Assembly (NCBI GenBank): GCA_000934665.2 | Contig: JYFJ02000123.1 | Span: 124,001 to 175,082, forward strand | Direction of reading: 5' to 3' | Origin: Catajapyx aquilonaris | Taxonomy: Eukaryota | Length of the DNA: 51,082 nucleotides | Shown: piece by piece, positions 12,601 through 23,515 of the stretch | Layout: every line of letters starts with the position of its first letter | Numbering within the stretch: position 1 is the stretch's first letter | The notes under the pieces: model-generated | Told to the model about the DNA's origin: nothing | What the model saw: the letters and a program-made list of their open reading frames with translations, nothing else | Database searches by the model: none | Position numbers and translations under genes: made by a program

Positions 12601-14276
12601 AAAAACCCATGTACGAGTACTTCACTTTTAGTCGACTCATTCCTGGTTCCTCGCACCGAATCCCCATAACCCCTCCTCCTCTGGAAAGGATGCATATCTC
12701 CACACACACTAGTCCAATCCAGTCACCATGACCTATCTCTTCTTGCACTCTCCAGTCACCCTACTGATGTCTAGCATAGTGGTGCTAACGGCGCACACAC
12801 CGAAACCCCAGGCTTTTCCGGGCACAAAATGCCATCTGTTGAGAGGGTTCCTTGCAGATCGACCCACACCCCACCCACCCAACACCCCCTCTCTGTAGTT
12901 AGATCAATACTTCCCTTTCATTCAGTTAAGTGCACTTTGGGTTCTATTGCAACGTGGTGCACGTGGGGTTACGACCGGCGAGGGAGTGGAACCGTGTACG
13001 GTTACAAGGGGCGGGAGTTTCAGCCTCTTGCATAAAGGACAATTTTTAAAATATTAACCGGACTTGTTATCGGCGGATAAGCGGGGTTTGGATGCTGGCC
13101 AACAGCATGGGGACGAAAAAATCAAGTTATGGGGATAATTAATAAACATTATGGGCAATGGGCCGTTTTTGCAATAAATCAGCTACAAACCTAGCTTGGG
13201 TTTGGCTGGACTCCTACAGGCCGGTTGAGGTGCACTATGGCAGGCCAGCTTGGTCACTTTAGCTTCTTTGTGAATAATAATGTTAGTTCCGCTGGTCACG
13301 TCACGAAGAGTGGCCGTGGATGACCTGGACATGACCTGGGGAGTCGACAAGGGATGATAGCCTCTCTCCTTGATCTTGGAGGCTGATGGGGAACTAGACT
13401 TCCTCTCTGCAAAGAATCGGGTCATGACCTCCACTACTGACCGGAGAGGCGTCCTGTTCATTTTGTTGGTTTTCATCAGACGGTCCAGGTGCATCTCACG
13501 GACCAGTGTCACCCTGTTGCCGATGCTTCCAGCACGTCGAGGACATTCTTTCTCCAGGGCCTCCAGAGTCCGTGTAAACCCCTGCAGTCAGTGGGTGGAA
13601 TTTTCGTCGTACTACTAGTTACTTCTAACTTAACAGTACCAATGTAGTGCAATGGTACTGCTAAGTTAGCGGTAACTAGTAGTACGACGAAAATTCCACC
13701 CAGTGTCATTTTTGCGTACCAACTACATTATTAAAATGTGGGACTTCTATCCTATGATTACAGCTGAGGTGCAGAAGTTACCGTTTTAACCCAATCACAA
13801 AAGTGATCTAGTCCAATATAATCACCAAAAGTACGTGGATGATGGAAACAGTAACCAATTGATCCTGATTTTCCTCCTCAGAATCGTGATTGAGGATCGC
13901 GTTTTTGTGTAGCCTATAGGAGGGAGGGTGGAAAATGTGATGGAATTTTCAATATGTAAAAATGTGGGAATTATCCTTATACGCAAACTACTCTTCTGAG
14001 CCATCACTCTCATTACGTAATCCTCCTATCACGTCACACTCTAAATATACACTATAGGTAGGCATTTACCTTGACTCCCTCATGCTCCACCGTGGCCAAC
14101 GATCGATGCCATTATTTTTGTACAAAAAAAAAGAGAGAGAAGCAAAAGGGGGGGGGGGGGCGACTNGGGGCGACTTGGCTACACTTTATAGGTTAATCCT
14201 GATAGTGCAATACCTTTCTGTACAGGTATTCTCTGACGACACTGGATGCGAGCGTTTCCACCTTCGCGTTGTCCAT
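9691..14276 (-). CDS. MINDY4: MINDY4 (FAM188B)-like ubiquitin carboxyl-terminal hydrolase, 698 aa; exons 14276-14214, 13581-13191, 11884-11166, 11109-10913, 10852-10652, 10576-10351, 10051-9871, 9809-9691
   Basis: N-terminus [17 protein letters not shown], catalytic Cys motif [37 protein letters not shown], catalytic His motif [20 protein letters not shown], and C-terminus [14 protein letters not shown]...DWNG.EPIL all match the MINDY3/4 family; N- and C-termini favour MINDY4. All introns are GT-AG with consistent phases. Confidence 0.92.
13589..13705. mobile_element. Palindromic MITE-like hairpin (family A)
   Basis: Perfect 31-bp inverted repeat TGGGTGGAATTTTCGTCGTACTACTAGTTAC (13592-13622) with its reverse complement ending at 13702; pairing continues inward to a few-nt loop. 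Confidence 0.8.
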
Positions 14277-15501
14277 GGGGGCAGTTCTAGGAGACAGAAT
14301 TATCTGCAAGTAGGGACCCAGGCATAAGTTTTTCTCAACGTGTCCAGGTTCTGTGGTAGTTAAGTCACGTAATGCCAAGTTTTAATCGATACGTTAGCTT
14401 TAGCAGGGACACCCCCTCCAAGTTACACACACTGCAGGTAATGGAAAACGCTTACTAAAACATACCCACAATATCACCCTTCTTATTTAAATAAATTAAG
14501 GGTAAAAAAAATCCACCAACCTGAGCATGCCAAACCGGACCTCACCTGCGAGACTACTATTTACCACCTGAGAATTGATTCACAAAATGTCACGAATGTT
14601 GTGGCGCAAAATGGAGGACTAGGTGTATCGTATTTTTTTGTGTCAGGTTTGGTCTCTGGTGGTGGGTTTTACCTTTTTTTTGCCTGGATTGTGCATTTTG
14701 TGTGGGGTAATTATTTACTGTTTTGTCACAATTACCGTCAAAACTGACGTCGGTTTGGGACCGGTCCAATGGGCGGCTGATTCGGATCGGGAGTTCCGGA
14801 GGCTCAACAAATAATTTAATGGCGACGGTTGTTGTGTAGCAACAGTCTCATAACAGGATGATTTTTCGTCGCAGTTTTGTAGCAGGATAATGGAACGTAT
14901 ATTTTGCATGGACCTTTAATTAGAGCGAGTTTTATGCTGGAGGTGGGACTTCAACTTTATTTATTTGTACAAGGATTTAAATGGCGGGACTGTGAATATG
15001 TGGCATTGTAGAAGTATTTGTGGCATTAATTCAAAACATGAACATTTCGAGTAATTAGGTTACATATTTTCATCACTGATGCTTCGCTCAACTTCATAAT
15101 TATTCAAAGGTTCAAAGTTGAAAGTTGATGAATATAATATCACTTCACTGACTAGCACACTAGCTATTACAGGAAAACTGTGATATTGATAACGATAACT
15201 CAGTTTGATCAGTTTTAAGGATACTTTTGTTCGTTATTTTTAAATCAAATATTATCATAATTAACTCCAGTTAAAAATCATTCATCTAGAGGCCTGTGAT
15301 GGATGGTTGATATTTCAGGATTGCAGTCGCAGTATAATGTCTTCTTTGGTTCATATCGATTCACATAACTGAAGTTATGTAGGGTTGTCATAGTGCTCCA
15401 ATCAATAACCTATCATGGCCTTGATTACACATGAGAGATAGCCTACATTAAGGAAGGTCATTAGGATGTGAGTTTCGTTGAACTGTAGAAATACCGAGAA
15501 A

Positions 15502-15631
15502 TACAGGATGATCCAAAATACTTTCCGGTTATTTTGTAGCAGTTATTTTTGGTAACCATAAAAATTAACTAGCTAAGCTTAGTCTCAACAGATATCCCAG
15601 AAATCGGACAAGTATTTTGGATCGCCCTGTA
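15502..15631. mobile_element. Small TA-flanked Tc1/mariner-type MITE
   Basis: TACAGGATGATCCAAAATACTT ... AAGTATTTTGGATCGCCCTGTA, 20 of 22 complementary. Confidence 0.7.
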
Positions 15632-16479
15632 TGTGATCATTATTATTATACCTGGCAACCTGTGTGGTGTTCGGAATCATGGGGTAGTTTTAAGGGGGAG
15701 GCTGACTTATTTCCACGTAATGCGGTCCAAATGGAAGGGACAGTTGCCAATAAATATGCCAAACCTTGCCCCCAGGAGTGTTGTGAAATAAACATGACAA
15801 CAGCCGGAAAATAAACTCCCCTTGAAAACGGGGAAGATCTTTATAATAGAGGCGCTATTATATTCCAGGCTCTCTACTCGCAGCTTCCACGTACGTAAAT
15901 TTCTATGCAGAATACTTAGGAAGAACTTTCGTAATGGGAGACCGAATGTGGCAGGGGTAGGCGCACGCTGCACCAACCTACCATATGACCTAACCTTCCT
16001 TCCTGGTTGATCCACGTCTATCTTTCAACGGACACACACTTATCCTTCAGCATATCTGAGGTAAAAGTGCGGGGTCTCCCGTTACGAAAAGCGTAGCCAA
16101 CATTGCCACTGTAATCGAATGCACTTGCAGGTAACATCAGCTTTGTAACATGCAGCATTCCAGTGTTTCCTCAGGATGATCAGACAACTTCCGCGTAATG
16201 GTCAGTCGGGCATTCCTTGACCTTTTCGATGACTGGGAGGCTCCTATATAGTCGTTCATGACGCCCGTAGGAAATAGTAGGGAACCTTCTGGTTATACCA
16301 CTCGACTCTCACTGGTGGTTGTGCCGTTGTGGGCATAAGCAGCTGGATATTGTCCATTACAATGACTGTCAACAATTATTACACAAGTAATATGACTTGG
16401 GCTTGAAAGATCTGGTTGAGCCGACCGTATCTCCCCGATTCCCCTTCCTGCCGACAGATCCCGCCACGGTCTGCCAACC

Positions 16480-16760
16480 CCCCAGCGCCCCTAGTGTCCA
16501 CCGCCATTTTGAGTCCATCTGTGCCAGCGCCAGCGCCCCCAGTGAGTTCCAAGTCCAGTCCAAGTGGCGACACAGAGCGGGGCCCCCCCGTACCGTGCGA
16601 GACCTGCCCCCGAATCGGAGCAGCCTAGCACTAGGGCCCGAAGATCCGTGACCGAGGAAACGGGGGGCGGACGGTACAGGACGTGTTGGGGGCACACTCC
16701 TTCCTCCCTTCGAGAGAGAGCGAGAGAGAGACCAGACTGGGGTCTGAACATGACCAGGCG
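16480..16760 (+). promoter_or_regulatory. GC/CpG-rich putative promoter or 5' region of the YjbQ gene with a YY1/Pho-type motif
   Basis: Sharp rise in GC and CpG content, CCGCCATTTT at 16501-16510, and a GA-repeat near 16711-16731. Confidence 0.4.
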
Positions 16761-17175
16761 GACTAGACGCAAGAGGGGCCCGGAGGAGGCGGCGGGGAAG
16801 CTGCTCGAGGTGGTGCTGTGAGGGCGAGAGAGACTGTGTTCGAAAGTGTGTTCAGTGTGCGTGAGACGGTGAGTGGGGAGAGGAGAAGGAGGGCGGTGCA
16901 GTCTAGCCCCAGTGTCGGAGGTGGCGGCGTCGGTGGGAAAGGAGGCGGCGGCGGGGAAGGCAACGGCGGGCAAGTCGGAAGACGGCGGAGGAGGCAGCAG
17001 CGAGGCGGTGGGCGGAGGCGGAGGAGGGACCAAGCACAGGCACAAGCACAGGGGAAACACCACCACCACCACCAGCGGCAGTGGGCAGCAGAGGGCGACG
17101 TCAGCCGGCCACCATCACCACCAACAGCATCACCACCACCACCGTGGCAACAAGAGCTGCGGGGGTCTGGCCGAC

Positions 17176-20100
17176 ATGGCCTCTTCCAATAGCAGGGCCA
17201 TACAGATTGGGTCCGCGTGGTTCCAGAGGAAGGTCAATCTGAGGCCGCAGCACAGGGGGGTGCACCTCGTCACTGAGGAGATCCTCAGGCAGGTCCCTGA
17301 GATCTGCCAGTTCTCCGTAGGACTCTTCCACGTTCAGAGTGAGTTCCGTGGGAAGGAGGGGAACTCAAGTGCCTGCCTGTGGCCCGGGGATGGGCCCTTC
17401 GTGCGCTTCAAGAAATGCAGTGAAACCTGATCACGTACACAGCAAACGTTGGACCCAGTCCACTGCATCGTTGCAGGGCGTACTATTGTAGTGCATCATG
17501 GATGAATCCTGTTGGTACTTGAGAGAGCAATCCCCTTCGATTTTACTACATTAGGCTGCCAATGAGATGTGGAAATTGTAATGTTCCACCATGTGCCTCA
17601 CACCATTCCAAAAAGTTGGAAAATGTTGGTCAGGGCTGGCTGATTTGCCTCTCTTGTAGTCAAAGCAGTTGGCCGTTCTAATTTGGTGCCAACGGGTTTC
17701 ATCCATGCTGACAGTCAGAGGATTTGTGTCTCGGAATTGGCAGTGCTGTGCGTAGCAACCAAACACAGTGGGCCGGGTCCAGTTCAGTACAAACAGATAT
17801 TGCAGACTGGAGCAGTGCTACATGCTTATAGGTTCACTCACATCTGTATCAGTGAAAGTATCGCAGGCACTAACTTGTACAGTACTTGCTCCTGTTCCCA
17901 GGCCAGTTTTGAGTGAAATGATGATATTGAAAAGTCATTAAATGGGATTCCTAATGTTCACTGTCACTATGACTGTATGGCGACAAGAGCAAGTACAAAT
18001 TAGTGGTCGTGAAAGTTTCACCAACACAGATGTTGCTGAGTTGCGAAACACAAGATTTCAATGTGATAGGCTGGATGACTATGATAATGTCCACATGCCA
18101 AATGTGATCTGGTCGTACTGGATGGCGCTGTAATGCGTTCCTAAGTACATGGTGTAATTGTGAGCTGGACCGATGTGCTTGTAAATATCCATTGCCCATG
18201 TGCTGGCATGACCATGTTGCTATCTCAGTTTGCCAAAGATTTCAACTCTTGTGTACATGTTTTTGGCATCTAGTTTGTGTTTCTCAATGCCCTTCCTGCT
18301 TAGGCTTCTTATCTCATAGTCTCTTTCCACTAAATGCATCACAAGGTACTTGGTGGACTTTGTCCGACAAATTCAGTAGTGAGTGCATCGTGTGAGATCT
18401 TAAGAGACGCTTGTGTGCACTCCTGACTTCCTCACTTTGTGCGCAAACTGCAGGTAACTCATGCACATTTGGACATTGTCAATGCTCACATTATGTACGC
18501 AGGGTGCCATATCAGATACATAGCAAGTGAAGGACATCATCACCACATCCACACCTTTACAAGCAAATCTATGGTCGAAAGTCATGTGATATCAGTAGTA
18601 AATTCCATGAGTCATAGCACTGCATTGCATATGAGCCTATACCTTAGTGGAATCCTACTATTAAGAGTGCGTGGGAGCATGAAGTTGTGATAGTTATCTA
18701 AATTTGTTCAAGCATGGTTATGGAACATTTTTCATATCGCAAGAAGAAATTTGAATTTTTTCTGGGGAGTATGGATATGCCAAGTTTATGTTTTGAAATG
18801 GGATGAATTCCTATGCTGCCAATCAATTTAAAGGCAGTTATTGTGGTTCAGTAATAATGAAGGACATTAAATTAGAACCAGTAACATATCTTCCTCACTA
18901 TGTTGCATAACAGTCTGATGTGAGGACACTTGATTATCAGATAGATGTCCCTAATCTGCTGCCTAGGGATGGGGTCAAATGTAATGTGCACCCTTACACA
19001 ATTCTAGCTAATGCTGTACAGACATATGTGACCTTGATGCAGCCCTATGACACTCCTCGAATACGGTAGTGTAATAACTGTCTCCCATAGTTCGCTAAGA
19101 CACCATCTTGTTCAAGGTGCAACTCCTGTGGTAGGTAGCGGGTAGTCTGCCACGATTGGCTCGATCTTTCTTTCCTTCTGCAGACTTACCACTTGAGTGC
19201 ACCTTGAAAAAGATGGTGGATAGCGAACGATGTAGTGCCGCCAGCACCAAAGGTCCAGTCTGGCAGAGACACAGGAATTAAATTACCGTATCCATACAAC
19301 TAAGGGGGAAGTGACATGGGGCTGCCTTGATGATTTGCTTCTGAGAACTCAGAAAAATTAGTTAACACGCCATCTCAGTGAAAGTCTTGTGGAGTAATAT
19401 GCAACCAGTCAGCCATAGTCATGCTCTCAGCTTGTGTAACATTAAATGTACCATAACAAGGAAAAAGATTCCAGTGATTAGTTGCGAATTTGGTGTAGTT
19501 TATTGGAGGAGCTGAGGCAACCAAGGCCATGAGGCATAACTGGTTTTCGGGTGTGACATTGCAGCACAGTACAGTTGAATCCTACTACCAGTATCACCCT
19601 GAATAAGCCATATACAATCGGCTTTTTTAAAAAAATCTGCTCATGGCAGTGCTTACATTGCAAGATATGTTCATTTATTAGTGGGAAATAGAAGTTTTTT
19701 TGTTGCCAGATATTTTGAAGGATATCAACACCATATTAATAAGAACAAGTGCCGTAAAAACAGGGAAAGTGAAGGGCTCATAGCTCTGGAATAATAAGCC
19801 ATTGAAAATGGGCTGCATATGCCAAGTCAACATTCTCACTGAATTTAAAGGAGGATTTTGGATTTATAAAATCGAAGTTGTATATTAGACATGTGTCATG
19901 TGAATGTGCCAATAATATTATACCATTTTAAATATGTCAGGATGGCTAGCCATAGATTTTTTTCCACCCAAATCATACCTGATATGTGGGTCTAGGTGCA
20001 TCCCTGGTGCAAAATGTGCTATAGCCATAGATTGGTTTAAAGTTTCATGTGGAATAGGTGTGTGAAACCTTGATTTTTTAAAGCCATAAACTTTCTGCAT

Positions 20101-23100
20101 TGAAACCATCCCCATAGTGATGGTAAAGCACATCCAGAAAGTGTGTTGTGAGTGCTTGTACCATCTTTTCAGAATTGAGCTCACATATGACCAGTGTGTA
20201 TGTTGTGATGATGAATGAATGAATGTATGAACGAATATGATCAGTAAAAATCTTGGGAAACTTTCTGTCACTCCTGTCACCTCATCTTCAAGTGTGGCAA
20301 TTAGCTACATCCACCTTTGAAGACCCATTAAATGGGTCCTGCAACAGGATTATTTCATGCCAAACTTGAAGAGGAGTTCACAGCAGCAAGCATCTGCAAA
20401 ATTTCGACTGATACAAATTCAAGCTCAGTTCTGAAACACATGGTGTAATTGTAGATTAATTATTACAAAGGGCATGGCTAGCCACAATTCCTTTACACTG
20501 TTATAGACTAGGAAAATTAGCTGACAATGAATGGTTCTAGTGTTAAAAGGTTTAATGAAAAGTGTATTTTCAAGAGGATTACAGTTAATCAATAGGACGA
20601 GGGAAGGATTATTGAACCAAATGTTATATTAAAGTGCATCACAATTATTGATGGGCATTATTTGGCACATGTCAGAAGCAGTTCATAATATGCACTTTTC
20701 TGTCCCCTTTAGTTTTGCACACATCAGCTAGCCTGGCGCTGAATGAGAGCTGGGACCCTGATGTTAGGTATGTACAGTTTGGGCATGGCACACTGAATTT
20801 GTCCTCTTAGAAATTACTGACACAATTTTCATTTTTATTTTTAGAGATGACATGGAGATGATGTTAAATAAAATAGTGCCTGAGGTAAGTGCCACATTAT
20901 TTTTAATTGCTTTTGCCAGTGATAAAAATCATGCAGGGGTAATAATGCGGCTGTTCTATTCTAGGGTTTGCCTTATCGACATTCATGTGAGGGCCCTGAT
21001 GACATGGTGAGTTTCTTGTGCTGATTTGTAGGAGTTTAGATTTGCTCAAGATATTTAATGGCATGGGATTGTTGGTCTGCATGGCTTTAAAATCTTTAAA
21101 AGGCAGATTAAAGTACTTCTCTCTTTAAATGTCTTGCAAGTGGGTTATTGAGTAGAGTATTGATCAGATGCTTTGGCTTTAAAAAGGATTTAATTATATG
21201 AATTCTGTATTAGCCACACACACCGTGGCAGAATACAGGGTTACTGTAAAAGAAATTGATACTTTCAACATTTGATAGAAACCAAAGTATTATTGATAGA
21301 GCAAAAATACTTACATGGTTTATTAGCATATATCTCTAAGTTTTTATGAGTAAGTTACTTTATGTTCCACCTGTGAGCTTTTTGTCACACGACAGATATC
21401 AATGTGATAATGCAGTTTATCCCAAACACATTGAAGAATGTCCTTGTCAACACTCGTAACGGCTGTTGAGATGCATTGTTTTCAATTGTTTTAGATTATT
21501 TACACTTACAGGACATGGTGTTATATAACTGCCAGTTACATGCATTGTCAGTAGGCCCATCACAACTTGGGCACAATAGTTACAGTCTGTTGAAATTATC
21601 ATAACATGGCATAATGTTTTGTTTCATGAGATCTTGGAAACCAAGATGGCAGATATATTATCAGAAAGAGATATTCTGTTATCAAGAGTTACTGCCTACC
21701 TTTATAGAACATCATACGTCCATTCGTACATTGGACATGCTTTCAAGAATTTCTCTCAACTACAGTTGAATCTGGATATAACAATTCAAGGGACCACGGG
21801 AATTGGTCTGTTATAGCCGAATACACAACCATATAGGGAAGCCATATAGGGAAGTACCCGCCCTTTTAAGTTGGTTATAACCGAAAGTCTGTTGTAGCTG
21901 AGGCTGTTATATCCAGATTCAACTGTATTTGGTGCAATAGGGCGTTTGGGTGCAATCGGCTGCAAATTTGTGATGTGTGCTGAAGCATTTATCCATTTAT
22001 CCTGTCAAAAATTCAAATTATGTAATAGATTTACCAAATGGGTTGAAACACTCTTATGCAACACCATTATGATCCCATGTACTTTGGAAGGATATATCAC
22101 AGGTCTAGAAAAATTTAATAATCAGTCTAAACTAGTACATAGTCAGTCAGATGATATGGAACTGCTTTTCTTCATAATGTACTCTTAGGGAAGGTTCTGC
22201 TAGGGTTGGGTGTGCACATTGTTGTATTTTTATGTGAACAAATTATACCATAACTGTTTTACTTGCACAAATTTTAATGATACCCTTCATGTTACCTACT
22301 GTATGATAAGTACCTCAATTTTTGCTTTAGCTTTCACAGTATATTCAGTGTTGAATCATCACCCAGTAAATTTACTAACAATTATTAAGAAGCAATAGTT
22401 AATGAGAACACAGGTTATAAAGCAATAAAACTGGTTAAGATAACTTCAGCTGAAATGAAAAGTTTCTAATGCAGTAGACTCCAGATATAACAGACTTCAA
22501 GGGACCGTGGAAATCAGTCTGCCATAACCAAGGTTTCGTTTGTTATATAGCCAGATACGCAGGACATATATGGAAGTATGGCAGGATCAGCCTTTCAAGT
22601 CTACTATAACCGAGAATCTGTTATGGCCAAGGCTGTTATATCCGGACTCGACTGTATGTTGAATATACGAGTACTGCAGTACATTGCCAAGTATATTATG
22701 TTGTTATTTGACACTTATGAAACACTGATGATTGAGGTCAGGTCCTGTGCATCTGCAACAAAGAGAGAGATTGGCATAATGACTGTAAAATATTGTGATC
22801 TGTAATTTTGTAGAGGTATAGGCCAGTATGGCCTCTGCCAAAATTATGAATTGATACTTAGTACATAAGCTCAGCTCCCCATGGTCCAGTGGTTGCAACA
22901 CCATAATTCTGATAAATATGTAAATTGTGTAGTTTGTATTGTCGTAGTTATGAAAAGGAGTCATGCTATTTAGGCCTGCTGCTCGCCCAACGATACTGAA
23001 CCCATGAAAAACTCATCTGGCACCCAAGCACTTATTTAGCATGAGTTGACCTGATTCATAGTATGGGAGACACATGTCAGTTGTGGTGGAAGTAGTTAGA

Positions 23101-23515
23101 ATTGCTTTGACTGGATGAGTTGTTTTCTGATTGTTTCTGTCACTGTTAACATAACGCCCTTGAGATTTTGAGTGTTACGCTATTCATTGAGAGACACTTG
23201 TCTGCTTGAATGTAATTAGGCTTAAAGTTAATTTAAAGTCATGTGATTTAACATATGAAGGGTCATTGGCTCAATTATGGCAATTCTCTCTTCTCTCAGC
23301 CTGCTCACGTCAAAGCCTGCTTCCTGGGCTCATCGCTAACAATCCCGATAACGGACGGGAAGCTGAACCTGGGTACCTGGCAGGGGATCTGGCTGTGCGA
23401 GCATCGGAACCAGGCTGGGTCGCGCAAGGTCGTGGTCACTGTCAACGGCTGCCTCAGGGACTCCAGCCGGAGTCCGCTCAGCCCCGTCTCACCAATGGCC
23501 TCCACCAGCAGCTAA
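17176..23515 (+). CDS. YjbQ / UPF0047 family protein, 171 aa; exons 17176-17338, 20713-20767, 20845-20884, 20965-21006, 23300-23515
   Basis: Motifs RGVHLVTEEI, HTSASLALNESWDPDVRDDM, YRHSCEGPDDMPAHVKA and GKLNLGTWQGIWLCEHR are the UPF0047 signature. All junctions are GT-AG and in phase. Confidence 0.93.
19086..19232. repeat. Imperfect inverted repeat / hairpin element in YjbQ intron 1
   Basis: CATAGTTCGCTAAGACACCATCTTGTTCAAGGTGCAACTC pairs with GAGTGCACCTTGAAAAAGATGGTGGATAGCGAACGATG. Confidence 0.7.
21761..21927. mobile_element. pogo/Tigger-like MITE (family B, copy 1)
   Basis: Perfect 22-nt inverted ends including TA: TACAGTTGAATCTGGATATAAC ... GTTATATCCAGATTCAACTGTA. Confidence 0.85.
22470..22656. 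mobile_element. pogo/Tigger-like MITE (family B, diverged copy 2)
   Basis: Shares GATATAAC...TTCAAGGGACC and GGCTGTTATATCC.GA.TC.ACTGTA with the 21761 element. Confidence 0.75.

Noticed and set aside
12400..13050. Possible retroelement remnant or extra exon in MINDY4 intron 2
   Set aside because: No clear termini, target-site duplication or protein motif; the flanking exons already join in phase.
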